Source: Phenylobacterium deserti (lineage in GTDB: Bacteria > Pseudomonadota > Alphaproteobacteria > Caulobacterales > Caulobacteraceae). From it: a stretch of 56,989 nucleotides of DNA. The notes beneath the pieces are model-generated. The model saw only the letters and a program-made list of their open reading frames with translations, ran no database searches and was not told the origin of the DNA. Position 1 is the stretch's first letter, and each line of letters starts with the position of its first letter. Shown piece by piece: positions 1 through 10,961 of this stretch. The position numbers and the translations under genes are program-made. The DNA is taken from assembly GCA_945859865.1 (NCBI GenBank), contig CAMAOY010000001.1, positions 1-56,989 of the forward strand. Reading direction: 5' to 3'.

Positions 1-431
1 CCCAGGCCGTCGAGCCGGCCCTCGGCCCGCGCCATGGTCTGGCGGCAGCCGAAGCATTCAACACCGGGATTGCGCGCGGCACCCGCGAGCAGGCGCTCCA
101 GCCAGTCGGGGGCAGCGAAGGCGTCGGGATTGACCAGGGCCAGCCAGTCGCCCCTGGCTTGTCGGGCGCCAAAGTTAACCCCGGCGGCAAAGCCCAGGTT
201 GGCGCCCGCCTCGATGAGCCGCACCTGGGGCAAGGCCCTGGCCGCTGCCTGGGGTGCGCCGTCCGTGGAGGCGTTGTCGACCAGCAGGATCTCCTGGGGG
301 GGTAGGGTCTGCCGGGTCAGGGCCAAGAGGCACCGGGCAAGGTCGTCCCCGGACTGCCAGGCCACGACAATGACGCTGACAGAGGCCTCCGGAGGCCTGT
401 CAGGCTTGTCTTTCCCCGCGTCCCGCGCCAT
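1..431 (-). CDS. Glycosyltransferase family 2 protein (5' part; runs off window start)
   Basis: Manual translation from the ATG at 431: MARDAGKDKPDRPPEASVSVIVVAWQSGDDLARCLLAL...ILLVDNASTDG...NLGFAAGVNFGARQARGDWLALVNPDA, which has the GT2 (WbbL-like) motifs. Not in the ORF track because its stop codon is outside the window. Confidence 0.85.
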   Translation of the reverse strand, partial: MARDAGKDKPDRPPEASVSVIVVAWQSGDDLARCLLALTRQTLPPQEILLVDNASTDGAPQAAARALPQVRLIEAGANLGFAAGVNFGARQARGDWLALVNPDAFAAPDWLERLLAGAARNPGVECFGCRQTMARAEGRLDGL

Positions 432-475
432 GCGTCGCACCCTTCGCGGCCTTGCCGCCCGTTTCCGGGAGCTCC

Positions 476-1033
476 ATGACGACCCTAACGCCCCTGGCCC
501 TTCCCGAGGTCCTGCTTATCACGCCGCGCCGCCATGGCGATGCGCGGGGATGGTTCTCCGAGACCTGGAGCCGCAAGTCCCTGGCCGCCGCCGGTCTCGA
601 CATCGACTTCGTCCAGGACAACCAAGCCTTCAACGCCCGTAGCGGGACCGTCCGGGGCCTTCACTTCCAGACGGCGCCCCATCCCCAGGCCAAGCTGGTG
701 CGCGTCCTGGCCGGGGCCATTCTCGACGTCGCCGTTGACGTGCGGGCAGGTTCGCCCACCCGGGGGCGCTGGGTCTCGGCCCGGCTGACCGCCGAGGGGG
801 GGGAGCAGCTCTTCGTGCCCCGGGGCTTCGCCCACGGCTACTGCACCCTCTGCGACGACGTCATGCTGGCCTACAAGGTCGACGGCGACTATGCGCCGCA
901 GACCGAGGGCGGCGTGACCTGGAACGATCCCGACCTCGCCATCGACTGGCCGGTCGCGCCGGACCAGGCCGTCCTTTCGGACAAGGACCTTGTCCTGCCC
1001 CGCCTCGCCGATCTTCCGCCCCTGTCCTTCTGA
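476..1033 (+). CDS. rfbC: dTDP-4-dehydrorhamnose 3,5-epimerase
   Basis: Motifs DARGWFSE, FVQDN, RGLHFQ, QAKLVRV, DVAVDVR, GFAHG, WNDPDL, LSDKD. ATG at 476 after GGGAG. Confidence 0.95.
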   Translation: MTTLTPLALPEVLLITPRRHGDARGWFSETWSRKSLAAAGLDIDFVQDNQAFNARSGTVRGLHFQTAPHPQAKLVRVLAGAILDVAVDVRAGSPTRGRWVSARLTAEGGEQLFVPRGFAHGYCTLCDDVMLAYKVDGDYAPQTEGGVTWNDPDLAIDWPVAPDQAVLSDKDLVLPRLADLPPLSF

Positions 1034-1055
1034 GTCCCCCACATCCAGGCGCTGC

Positions 1056-1889
1056 ATGTCCGAAGACAACGAAATCCTGACACTCCTCGACCTGGAGACC
1101 CTGGACACGGACCTCTTCCGGGGTTTCAACCCGCCCTTCGAGACCCGCCGGATCTACGGCGGTCAGGTGGTGGCCCAGGCCCTGGCCGCCGCCTACCGGA
1201 CGATCGAGGACCGGGTCTGCCACTCCCTGCACAGCTATTTCATCCGCCCCGGGAACCCGAAGCTCCCGATCCTGTTCCAGGTCGACAGGGCCCGGGACGG
1301 CGGCTCGTTCAGCGTACGCCGGGTGGTGGCCATCCAGAATGGCAAGCAGATCTTCAACCTGGCGGCTTCCTTCCAGGTTCCCGAGACCGGCTTCGAGCAC
1401 CAGCTTCCCATGCCCGAGGTCCCGCCCCCGGAAGCCCTGAAGACTGAGGAAGAGCTTCGCGCCGAGGTTGGCCTCGACTCAACGACCCAGCGGATCTGGC
1501 CTGTGGAGCTCAAGCCCTGCGATCCAGTCCCCCATGGCTTTGTCGGCGTCCGCGAGCCGGTGGACATGTGCTGGTTCCGTACCCGCCTGCCCCTGGGCGC
1601 CGACGTCGCCGTCAACCAGTGCGCCCTGGCCTATGGCTCGGACATGACCCTGATGGACCCCTCCCTGCGTCCGCACGCGGTGGACTGGGACAGCGGCCGG
1701 CTGCAGGCGGCCAGCCTGGACCACGCCATGTGGTTCCACCAGCCGACCGACTTCCACGACTGGCACCTCTTCGTCCAGGACAGCCCCTCGGCCTCGGGCG
1801 GGCGGGGCTTCAACCGGGGCCAGATCTATGCCCGTGACGGAAGGCTGGTGGCCGAGGCCGCCCAGGAGGCCCTGATCCGCTGGCGCTGA
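1056..1889 (+). CDS. tesB: Acyl-CoA thioesterase II
   Basis: Motifs IYGGQVVAQAL, HSLHSYFIRPG, RDGGSFS, ASLDHAMWFH, SPSASGGRG. Confidence 0.92.
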   Translation: MSEDNEILTLLDLETLDTDLFRGFNPPFETRRIYGGQVVAQALAAAYRTIEDRVCHSLHSYFIRPGNPKLPILFQVDRARDGGSFSVRRVVAIQNGKQIFNLAASFQVPETGFEHQLPMPEVPPPEALKTEEELRAEVGLDSTTQRIWPVELKPCDPVPHGFVGVREPVDMCWFRTRLPLGADVAVNQCALAYGSDMTLMDPSLRPHAVDWDSGRLQAASLDHAMWFHQPTDFHDWHLFVQDSPSASGGRGFNRGQIYARDGRLVAEAAQEALIRWR

Positions 1890-1958
1890 CGTTGCGTCAC
1901 GGTGGCCCGCCGGCGAAATCCGTGACAGCGTGGCAGGTGGTTGCGGCGGGGGGAGCTC

Positions 1959-2873
1959 ATGGACCCTATCCTTCATCACTACGACGCCTCGCCCTTCTCG
2001 GAGAAGGTGCGGATCGTCTTCGGCATGACCGGCCAGGCCTGGTCCTCGGTGATCACGCCCAACATCATGCCCAAGCCGGACCTGACGCCGCTCACAGGCG
2101 GCTACCGGCGGGCGCCGGTCCTGCAGATCGGCGCCGACGTCTATTGCGACTCCCAGGCCATACTCGATGAGCTGCAGAGGCGCTCGCCCCTCCCCGGTGA
2201 CCGGGGTCTGGCGGGCCTGAGGGCCATCAACCTCTGGGCCGACCGGCTGTTCTTCCAGGCCACGGTTCCAGTGATCTTCGGGGAACTGGGTCATCTCACG
2301 CCCAAGGCCTTCATCGCGGACCGCGAGAAGCTGTCGGGGCGGCCCTTCGACGTGGGGGCCATGGCCCAGGCGGCGGGGCCCATGCAGGTCCAGTGGCGGG
2401 GTCATGCCGCCTGGATCGACGACGCCCTGGACGCGGCACCCTTCCTGGCGGGCGAGCGCCCCAGCCTGGCGGACGCCGCCGCCTGGATGAACATCTGGTG
2501 GCTGAAGGGCGCCCTGCCCGACACCTACGCCCGCCTGACCGCCGGCCTTGACCGGCTGGAGGCCTGGCGCACCCGCATGGCGGCGATCGGCCATGGCGTG
2601 CGCAAGGACATTACCGGTGCGGAGGCCCTAGGCGTCGCCCGCAGCGTCCGGCCCGCGGACCCGCCGTCGCATGACCCCAATGACGCCCTTGGCCTATCCC
2701 CCGGCGATCCGGTGGTGGTCATGGCCGACGACTATGGCCGGGACCCCGTTTCCGGAACCCTGGTGGCGGCTCGCCGCAACCGGCTGATCCTGGCGCAGGA
2801 GACCCCCGACCTCGGCCGCCTGCACCTACATTTCCCCCGGGTCGGCTACATCGCCATGCCCGGCAAGACCTGA
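1959..2873 (+). CDS. Glutathione S-transferase family protein
   Basis: Motifs LHHYDASPFSEKVR, PKPDLTPLTGGYRRAPVLQIGADVYCDS, and the C-terminal HFPRVGY typical of the long GST-like family. Confidence 0.88.
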   Translation: MDPILHHYDASPFSEKVRIVFGMTGQAWSSVITPNIMPKPDLTPLTGGYRRAPVLQIGADVYCDSQAILDELQRRSPLPGDRGLAGLRAINLWADRLFFQATVPVIFGELGHLTPKAFIADREKLSGRPFDVGAMAQAAGPMQVQWRGHAAWIDDALDAAPFLAGERPSLADAAAWMNIWWLKGALPDTYARLTAGLDRLEAWRTRMAAIGHGVRKDITGAEALGVARSVRPADPPSHDPNDALGLSPGDPVVVMADDYGRDPVSGTLVAARRNRLILAQETPDLGRLHLHFPRVGYIAMPGKT

Positions 2874-2884
2874 AGGAGACTTCC

Positions 2885-3688
2885 ATGGACGACCGCATCC
2901 AGGTGACCCTCGACAACGGCGTCGCCGACGTCCGTCTGGTCCGCACCGACAAGATGAATGCCCTCGACGACCGCATGTTCCAGGCCCTCATCGACACGGG
3001 CGAGCGCCTCAAGACCGACAAGGGCGTACGGGCCATCGTGCTCTCAGGCGATGGCCGGGCCTTCTGCGCCGGCCTCGACATGGGCAACTTCGCCAAGATG
3101 GCCTCCGGCGAGCGCCGTGGCGGGGCGGGCCTCGTTACCCCCAAGCGCACCGAGGGCGGGTCCAACCACGCCCAGCACGCCGTCATGGTCTGGCGCGAGC
3201 AGACCGTCCCGGTGATTGCCGCCATCCATGGCGTGGCCTTCGGCGGCGGATTCCAGCTGGCTCTGGGGGCTGACATCCGCTTCGTCACCCCGGACGTCCG
3301 CATGGCGGTGCTCGAGATCAAGTGGGGCCTGGTGCCCGACATGGCGGGCCTGGTGCTGATGAAGCGGCTGGTTCGCGACGACGTTGCCCGGGAGCTCACC
3401 TACACGGGCCGGGTCTTCAATGGTGAGGAGGCCCAGCGCCTGGGTCTCGCCACCCGGGTCTGCGCCGATCCCCGCGCCGAGGCCCTGGCCCTGGCGGCCG
3501 ACATCGCCTCGAAGAACCCCGACGCCATCCGGGCCGGCAAGCGCCTCCTGGACTTCGCGCCGGACGCCGACCAACACGCCATCCTCCTCGCTGAGAGCCA
3601 GGAGCAGGGGGCCCTGATCGGCTCGCCCAACCAGGTCGAGGCGGTGAAGGCGGCCATGGAGAACCGGTCGGGCGTCTACGCCGACTGA
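2885..3688 (+). CDS. Crotonase/enoyl-CoA hydratase family protein
   Basis: Motifs [46 protein letters not shown] upstream. Confidence 0.92.
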   Translation: MDDRIQVTLDNGVADVRLVRTDKMNALDDRMFQALIDTGERLKTDKGVRAIVLSGDGRAFCAGLDMGNFAKMASGERRGGAGLVTPKRTEGGSNHAQHAVMVWREQTVPVIAAIHGVAFGGGFQLALGADIRFVTPDVRMAVLEIKWGLVPDMAGLVLMKRLVRDDVARELTYTGRVFNGEEAQRLGLATRVCADPRAEALALAADIASKNPDAIRAGKRLLDFAPDADQHAILLAESQEQGALIGSPNQVEAVKAAMENRSGVYAD

Positions 3689-4809
3689 AGCGCCGCCCAT
3701 TCGGCCCGGACATCGGGGTCGGTCTCGGCGTCCGCGTAGCTGCGGGCGAGGTCGAGGACCTCCAGGCGTGGCAGAAGTCGCCCCAGCGCCCAGACCGCGG
3801 CACCCCGCACCAGGGGCGAGGCGTCCTCCAGCCGTGCCCTTGCAGCCGGGACCAGGGCCAGATCTCCGGAATTGCCGATGGCGTACAGGACATTGCGAAG
3901 GAACCGGTCCCTTCCCGTGCGTTTGACCGGCGAACGGGCGAACCGGGCCCTGAAGGCGGCGTCGTCCAGGGCCGACAGCTCGGCCAGTACAGGGGCCGCC
4001 AGGTCGTCCCGGGCCGCCAGCCTCTGCTCGCGTCCGGCCTGGGCGAACTTGTTCCAGGGGCAGACCGCCAGGCAGTCGTCGCAGCCATAGATCCGGTTGC
4101 CCAGGCCGGGCCGCAACTCTGGGTCCACCGGCCCCTTGTGCTCTATGGTCAGGTAGGAGACGCAGCGCCGGGCATCGAGCTGGTAGGGGGCGGGGAAGGC
4201 CGCCGTCGGACAGGCATCGAGGCAGGCCCGGCACTGGCCGCAATGGTCGGTTTCGGGCGCGTCGGGCGTCAGGACGGCCTCGGTGAGGATCACGCCGAGG
4301 AAGAGCCAGGAGCCGAAGTCGCGGCTGACCAGGTTGGTGTGCTTGCCCTGCCAGCCCAGGCCCGCCTGCTGGGCCAGGGGCTTCTCCATCAGGGGGGCGG
4401 TGTCGACGAAGACCTTCAGTCCGGCGCCGGTCCGCGAGGCCATCCAGCCCCCCAGCTGCTTGAGCCGGCCCTTGATGACGTCGTGATAGTCCTCACCCTG
4501 AGCGTAGACCGAAATGAGCCCCCGGTCGCGCAGGGCCAGGCCCTCCAGGGGATCGGCTTCGGGACCGTAGTTCAGGCCCAGGACGACCGCGCTGCGGGCG
4601 TCCGGCCAGAGGGAGCGGGGGTGGGCGCGCCGGTCCGCCGTGGTGGCCATCCAGTCCATATCGCCCTGCCGTCCCGCCTCCAGGAAGGCCTGCAGCCGGG
4701 CGGTCGCCGGCCAGGGCGCATCGAGGCCGGTGAACCGGCAGACCTCAAAGCCCAGCCCGGCCGCCCGGCGCCGGATCTCGTCCCGGGGGTCAGAAGTCGA
4801 GGTCGTCAT
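3676..4809 (-). CDS. queG: tRNA epoxyqueuosine(34) reductase QueG
   Basis: Motifs [30 protein letters not shown], and two 4Fe-4S motifs ([12 protein letters not shown]; [12 protein letters not shown]). Start MTTSTS overlaps the fzlA stop. Confidence 0.95.
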   Translation of the reverse strand: MTTSTSDPRDEIRRRAAGLGFEVCRFTGLDAPWPATARLQAFLEAGRQGDMDWMATTADRRAHPRSLWPDARSAVVLGLNYGPEADPLEGLALRDRGLISVYAQGEDYHDVIKGRLKQLGGWMASRTGAGLKVFVDTAPLMEKPLAQQAGLGWQGKHTNLVSRDFGSWLFLGVILTEAVLTPDAPETDHCGQCRACLDACPTAAFPAPYQLDARRCVSYLTIEHKGPVDPELRPGLGNRIYGCDDCLAVCPWNKFAQAGREQRLAARDDLAAPVLAELSALDDAAFRARFARSPVKRTGRDRFLRNVLYAIGNSGDLALVPAARARLEDASPLVRGAAVWALGRLLPRLEVLDLARSYADAETDPDVRAEWAALQSA

Positions 4810-5461
4810 AGTGCGCCGCTGGGGCCAGTCCGGGCCAGCGGTCGGCAAGGATAGGACGAAAGGCCGGGCGGGACTTGAGCTTCATGTACCAGGTCTTGAC
4901 CGCCGGATATCCGTCCCATGGGACATCCCCCAGGTAGTCGATCACCGACAGGTAGGCGGCGGCGGCGAAGTCGGCCAGGGACAGGCGCCGGCCCGCCAGC
5001 CAGTCCCGGGCCGACAGCAGGGCCTCCAGATAGGCCATGTGGTGGCGAAGGGCGTCCCGACCCTGGCGGAGGGCCGCCAGGTCCGGCGCCCCCAGGCCCA
5101 GAAGCCGCTTCTCCATCTTCTCGTGAAGCAGGTAGCCAGCCACCTCCAGGTCGAACTTGCGGTCGAACCAGAGGACCAGGCGCCGGGCCTCGGCGCGCTC
5201 CTCCGGCGCCCGTCCCAGGAGGGGGGGCTCGGGGCAGGTTTCCTCGAGGTGGTCGAGGATGGTCCGGGACTCGCAGAGCACCAGCCCGTCCTCCACCATG
5301 ACCGGCGTCACCCCCGAGGGGTTGAGGTCCAGGAAGGCGTCAGGCTGCTCCCAGTAACGGACCGTCTGCTCGGTGAAGGCGAGGCGCTTCTCGCCCAGGA
5401 CGAGGCGCACCTGGCGGGAGGCGGGGTCCAGCGGGAAGTGATGCAGTATGCGTTCGGTCAT
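4790..5461 (-). CDS. fzlA: GST-fold FtsZ-binding protein FzlA
   Basis: [20 protein letters not shown]...WFDRKF...[16 protein letters not shown]-terminal YDDLDF. The fzlA-queG linkage is conserved in alphaproteobacteria. Confidence 0.9.
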   Translation of the reverse strand: MTERILHHFPLDPASRQVRLVLGEKRLAFTEQTVRYWEQPDAFLDLNPSGVTPVMVEDGLVLCESRTILDHLEETCPEPPLLGRAPEERAEARRLVLWFDRKFDLEVAGYLLHEKMEKRLLGLGAPDLAALRQGRDALRHHMAYLEALLSARDWLAGRRLSLADFAAAAYLSVIDYLGDVPWDGYPAVKTWYMKLKSRPAFRPILADRWPGLAPAAHYDDLDF

Positions 5462-5511
5462 GCCTGGCCCGCGAGGCGTCGTAAGTCGGTCCCCATCAAG
5501 CGGATCAGACC

Positions 5512-5526
5512 TTAAGGGGCCGTTTA
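5512..5526. promoter_or_regulatory. Candidate CtrA site upstream of fzlA
   Basis: TTAA-GGGGCCG-TTTA, one mismatch to TTAA-N7-TTAA, about 50 bp upstream of the fzlA start. Confidence 0.45.
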
Positions 5527-6462
5527 CTCTGCAGCCGTGACTTCCGCGAAAGCCCCGCCATGGGGTTCGGCTATGCCCCTCGGATCCGGATGGATCAGGA
5601 TGTCGGCCATGGGGAAGGCCGCCAGGAGCCGCCGCTCGGCCTCGACGATGACCTGGTGGGCGTCCGCCAGGGTCAGCAGGGGATCCAGGTCCACGTGCAT
5701 CTGCATGTGCACATAGGGCCCAGAGGCTCGGGTGCGCAGCTGGTGGACGTCGCTCAGGCGGGGGTCCTGGGTGACCAGCTCTACGATCCGGGCGCGTTCC
5801 GTCGCCGGTAGCTCCTGGTCCATCAACTGCACTGCGGCCTCGCGAAAGACGCTGATGGCGCCCCACAACAGCAGGCCTGCAATCAGCAGGGCGGCCGCGC
5901 CGTCCAGGCCCTGGATTCCGAGCCATGCCGAAGCCGCGATCCCGGCCAGGGCTGCCAGGTTCGAGAACAGGTCCGAGGCGTAATGCGCCCTGTCGCCGCT
6001 GATCGCCACCGAACGCGTCCGCTTCAGAACCCAGGTCTGGGCGCTGATCAGGCCGAAGGTCATGACGATCGAGAAGATCATCACCGCCAGGGCCCAGCCC
6101 TCCGCCGCTATGGGCTGGGGGTTCAACAGGCTGCGGATGGCTTCCTGCCCGATCAGGGCCGCCGAGGCGAAGACCAGGCCGGCCTGCAGGAGGCTGGCGA
6201 AGGCCTCGGCCTTGCCATGGCCGAAGCGGTGGTCGTCATCCGGCGGCACCGCTGCATAGCGGACGGCGAAGAAGGTGATGGTCGAGGCGACGAGGTCGAG
6301 GGCCGAATCCGCTAGGGAGGCGAGCAGGGCCACCGACCCTGACGCCATCCAGGCAATGGCCTTGACCGCGACCAGCAGGGCGGCGACGCCCACCGACAAC
6401 AGGGTGATTCCCCGGGTCAGGCTGGCCGGCGGCAGGTCGGAGGCTCGCGTTTCAAACGACAT
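5524..6462 (-). CDS. fieF: Cation diffusion facilitator family transporter (FieF/YiiP-like)
   Basis: Motifs SVALLASLADSALD, DDDHRFGHGKAE, AHYASD, HQLRTRASG, and C-terminal IHPDP. Confidence 0.88.
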   Translation of the reverse strand: MSFETRASDLPPASLTRGITLLSVGVAALLVAVKAIAWMASGSVALLASLADSALDLVASTITFFAVRYAAVPPDDDHRFGHGKAEAFASLLQAGLVFASAALIGQEAIRSLLNPQPIAAEGWALAVMIFSIVMTFGLISAQTWVLKRTRSVAISGDRAHYASDLFSNLAALAGIAASAWLGIQGLDGAAALLIAGLLLWGAISVFREAAVQLMDQELPATERARIVELVTQDPRLSDVHQLRTRASGPYVHMQMHVDLDPLLTLADAHQVIVEAERRLLAAFPMADILIHPDPRGIAEPHGGAFAEVTAAE

Positions 6463-6524
6463 GACGCCCCTACTACCCTCTGGGCCTCTTTCAGCCAATC
6501 CACCCCGCGGATCCGGCGGCGGCC

Positions 6525-6914
6525 TCATCCGGAGCCCGACACCGCGTAGGCCCTCAGGACGTCCAGGGGGACGACGGCGAGGGTCTCCTCGTGGGTGGCT
6601 TCCAGGACCACGCCCGGCGCCGCTCCCGCGTCGAGGGCCTCCTTCCAGCGCGGCGCGCACAGGCACCAGCGGTCGCCCGGCTTCAGGCCCGCGAAGCGGT
6701 AGGCGGGGACCGGCGTCGTCAGGTCATTGCCCATGGCGTCCGAGAAGGCGAGGAACTCGGCGGTCATGACGGCGCAGACCGTGTGCAGGCCGACGTCTTC
6801 CGCGCCGGTCTCGCAGCAGCCGTTGCGATAGAAGCCGGTGACCGGGTCCAGGCCGCAGGGGTCGAGGGTCCCGCCCAGCACGTTGAGGGCGTCGGGGTCG
6901 TAGCGGGTGATCAT
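6525..6914 (-). CDS. DUF2237 family protein
   Basis: NVLGG.L..C..DPVTGFYRNGCC, HTVCAVMT.EFL, LKPGDRWCLCA.RWKEA. Confidence 0.88.
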   Translation of the reverse strand: MITRYDPDALNVLGGTLDPCGLDPVTGFYRNGCCETGAEDVGLHTVCAVMTAEFLAFSDAMGNDLTTPVPAYRFAGLKPGDRWCLCAPRWKEALDAGAAPGVVLEATHEETLAVVPLDVLRAYAVSGSG

Positions 6915-6979
6915 GGGTTCATCATAGTCTAGAACGGCCCGGTCCGGCGACCCTTCTCGCCGCGCCAAGGAGATCCGAG

Positions 6980-7837
6980 ATGAGCCCCGCCCGCCCCCGC
7001 CGCAGCGCCCTCTACATGCCGGCCGGAAATCCCCGCGCCATCGAGAAGGCGCGGAGCCTGGCCTGCGACGTGGTCATCCTCGACCTGGAGGACTCGGTGG
7101 CCCCTGAGGCCAAGCTGGCGGCCCGTGGCCTTGCCGTCGCCGCCACGGCCGAGGGCGGCTTCGGCCGCCGCGAGCTGGTGGTCCGGGTCAACGGCCTCGA
7201 CACCCCCTGGGGCGAGGCCGACCTCGCCGCTGTCTCCGCCGGCGCCGTGCGACCCCATGCGGTCCTTGCGCCCAAGGTCTCGACGCCGGCGGATGTCGCT
7301 GCCTACGCCGCTCGCCTGCCGCAGGGCGTCGACCTCTGGATCATGGTCGAGACCTGCGCCAGCCTCTTTGCCCTGGATCGCCTGGCCGCCTCGGGCGGAC
7401 CCCTGTCGGCCCTCGTCATCGGGTCGAACGACCTGGTGAAGGAGATGCGCTGCCGGGTGGACGCCGAACGCCGCCCCCTGCAGGCGGCCCTGTCCCTAAC
7501 AGTCGCCGCCGGCCGCGCCTTTGGGCTGACAGTCCTCGACGGGGTCTGGAACGACATCGCGGACCTCGCCGGCCTTGAGGTCCAGTGCCGGCAGGGCGTC
7601 GAGTTCGGCTTCGACGGCAAGACCCTGATCCATCCCGACCAGATCGCCGCCGCCAACCAGGCCTTCTCCCCGGACCCGGAAGAGGTGGCCTGGGCGCAGA
7701 TCGTGGCGGCTGCCTTCAAAACGGCGGAAAGTGCCGGCAAGGGAGTCCTGCGGGTCGAGGGCCGGATGGTCGAGCGCCTGCACCTGGAGCAGGCCCTTCG
7801 CCTGCTGGAGATCGCCGGAGCCCTTGAAGAGGCATGA
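6980..7837 (+). CDS. HpcH/HpaI aldolase/citrate lyase (CitE/malyl-CoA lyase-like) CoA ester lyase
   Basis: Motifs RRSALYMPA, ILDLEDSVAP, VRVN, MVET, GSNDL, GFDGKTLIHP.QI, MVERLH. Confidence 0.9.
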   Translation: MSPARPRRSALYMPAGNPRAIEKARSLACDVVILDLEDSVAPEAKLAARGLAVAATAEGGFGRRELVVRVNGLDTPWGEADLAAVSAGAVRPHAVLAPKVSTPADVAAYAARLPQGVDLWIMVETCASLFALDRLAASGGPLSALVIGSNDLVKEMRCRVDAERRPLQAALSLTVAAGRAFGLTVLDGVWNDIADLAGLEVQCRQGVEFGFDGKTLIHPDQIAAANQAFSPDPEEVAWAQIVAAAFKTAESAGKGVLRVEGRMVERLHLEQALRLLEIAGALEEA

Positions 7838-8481
7838 CCCCGCCCCGCACTCGAGCCGCCGTCCTGGCGTTCGCTCTCCTGTTCGCGCCGGCCCTCGCCG
7901 GTGCCCAGCCGGTCGATCCCATCGGCGAACTCCTGAAGTCCGCACCGGCTGCGCCTTCCCCGCCTTCGGACGAGGACGACGAGGCCCGGGGCGTTGACCT
8001 CGACCTGCCGGACGCCGCCCCGAACACGCCCTCCCGTCCCGGCCCGGTCTCCGTTCCCGGGCAGCGCGTCCTGGTCGACGACCACAATCGCACGCCCGAG
8101 CCACCGCTGACCTCCGCTGAGCGCGGCTATGAGTCGCGGATCCGTGCGGGCTTCACCGCTGCGGAGACCCGCCAGGGCGCGCTTGAGGGTCGCTGGCTGG
8201 TCCGCAGCCAGGCCGGCGCCCTCTACGCCTTCCAGCTGATCGATTCCGGATCGGGAACCCTGGACGGGGCCTGGAGCGACCCGCGCCGCCCGGGTGCCCT
8301 GACCGGGACCGGCTACATCCGGTCCGCCAGCCGCAGCACCGACCGTCTGACCCTCAGCTTCGAGGCCCCACCCCACCGCGGTGCGGTGCGGCTCCAGCTG
8401 CGTGCGGAACCCGCCGGCCAGTGGTCGGGCGTCCTGTCCGAGGACGGGGTCGAGGTGTCCGTTCGCATGCAGCGCGACTGA
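7834..8481 (+). CDS. Hypothetical exported protein
   Basis: Sec-type signal peptide (AVLAFALLFAPALAGA), Pro-rich linker, host-like codon usage, ATGA overlap with the upstream gene. Confidence 0.7.
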   Translation: MTPPRTRAAVLAFALLFAPALAGAQPVDPIGELLKSAPAAPSPPSDEDDEARGVDLDLPDAAPNTPSRPGPVSVPGQRVLVDDHNRTPEPPLTSAERGYESRIRAGFTAAETRQGALEGRWLVRSQAGALYAFQLIDSGSGTLDGAWSDPRRPGALTGTGYIRSASRSTDRLTLSFEAPPHRGAVRLQLRAEPAGQWSGVLSEDGVEVSVRMQRD

Positions 8482-8488
8482 ACCCGGT

Positions 8489-8950
8489 TCAGCGCGGACC
8501 GCGTCCGGGGAAGGGCGGATAGGGCTGGGCGCCAAGCGCCAGGGCAGGGCGTGCAGCGGCCATGGCCCTCGCCAGGGTTTCGGCCTCCATGCGCTCCGCT
8601 TCACCAAAGCCCCAGACCGGACCGGGCCAGGCCGGGTCGTCCTGTCGCCGGCCGACCACATGCACGTGTAGCTGGGGCGTGACATTGCCCAGGGCGCCGA
8701 CGTTCAGCTTGTCCACCTTCAGGGCGAGGGCGACGCCCAGGGCCCGGACAGCGTGTCCTGCGGCCACGATCTCCTCGACCAGCAGGCGCCGTTCCGCGGC
8801 GGACAGGTCCTCGATCTCCCGGGCGCCGGGGACCTGCGGGATCAGGATCAGCCAGGGCCAGCGGGCGTCGTCCTGCAGCCGGACGTGGCAGAGGGGCAGC
8901 TCGTCCAGGGCATGGGAGCCAGCGAGGAAGGCGGGATCGATCTCAGGCAT
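8489..8950 (-). CDS. HIT family protein
   Basis: LQDDARWPWLILIP, KLNVGALGNVTPQLHVHVVGR, DPAWPGPVWG. Confidence 0.9.
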   Translation of the reverse strand: MPEIDPAFLAGSHALDELPLCHVRLQDDARWPWLILIPQVPGAREIEDLSAAERRLLVEEIVAAGHAVRALGVALALKVDKLNVGALGNVTPQLHVHVVGRRQDDPAWPGPVWGFGEAERMEAETLARAMAAARPALALGAQPYPPFPGRGPR

Positions 8951-9074
8951 GGGGACAGATTGGCCGGGCGGGCGGGTCTTCACAAGCGCCTACGGCGTTG
9001 CAGGCCCCGGCGCTTCCAGCTAGGGACCGCTGAGCCGCGGGGCAACCGCGAGGCGCACATCCAGGAGAAGAACC

Positions 9075-10061
<987 letters not shown>

Positions 10062-10064
10062 TCC

Positions 10065-10856
10065 TCAGATCCACCCGCGCCGCCGCAGTTCGGCGGCGTA
10101 GGTGCGGCTGACCGGCGCCTCGGCGCCGTCCCTCAGGGTCAGGGTGGCGCGCCCGTCGCCCCGGCGGGCGTCGACGATGGCCGCCCGGGCGACCCACCAG
10201 GAGCGGTGTACCTGCATGCCTTCCTGGCCCTCCAGTTCGGCGATGGCGTCGGCCATGCGCAGCAGGATCAGGTCCTGTCCCGCGCTGGTGTGCACGCGCA
10301 GGTAATGGTCCTCGGCCTCCACGGCCCAGATTTCGGCACTGCGCATCCGCACGGGTAGCCGCTCCAGGAAGCGGGAGGGGCCGGCGTCCAGTTCGGGCCG
10401 GGGCCTGTCCACGCGGGCCAGGTTCACCGTGACCGAGAGCAGCGACATGGCCACGGACACCACCAGGGACGTACCGATGAAGCCGGGCAGGGCCGAGAGG
10501 CCTATGTGCGCACCCGGGATCAGGCTCGCGGTGAGCCAGACGATCCCGCCGATCGGAGCAAAGATCAGGAGACCGCCGAGGACAGCGCGGAGCCAGGGAT
10601 TCAACCGGGGCGCAAGCCGGCCGGCCAGAAGGTATCCTCCCAGGCCGATCATGCCGGTCAGGATCGACACCGGGACCATGTAGACGATCCGCAGGACCAG
10701 GGGATAGGCCGTCAGGCCGAAGGCACCCACGAAGGCGAGGAAGGCACCGACGGCGGCAGCGACGCCAGCTGTCACGCTGACCGTCCGCCGCAGGCCCGCC
10801 GCCGTCCACGCTTCGTGAACGGCATCGGGCAGCCACCTGCGAACCGGCGACGTCAT
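10065..10856 (-). CDS. Membrane-anchored LytTR-family DNA-binding regulator
   Basis: About 4 N-terminal TM segments, then a LytTR domain (AEDHYLRVHT..G..LIL.RM.DAIAEL...GMQVHRSWWVA...VSRTY). Start uncertain (10856 or 10865). Confidence 0.85.
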   Translation of the reverse strand: MTSPVRRWLPDAVHEAWTAAGLRRTVSVTAGVAAAVGAFLAFVGAFGLTAYPLVLRIVYMVPVSILTGMIGLGGYLLAGRLAPRLNPWLRAVLGGLLIFAPIGGIVWLTASLIPGAHIGLSALPGFIGTSLVVSVAMSLLSVTVNLARVDRPRPELDAGPSRFLERLPVRMRSAEIWAVEAEDHYLRVHTSAGQDLILLRMADAIAELEGQEGMQVHRSWWVARAAIVDARRGDGRATLTLRDGAEAPVSRTYAAELRRRGWI

Positions 10857-10961
10857 CTGGCGCATCCCCGATTGCCGACAGGTCCGCCGCTCCCGAAGAC
10901 CGGGGTCGAAGACAGGGTGCCGACCTGGGCCGCCCGGTTTCCGCCTGATGGAGATTCCCGC

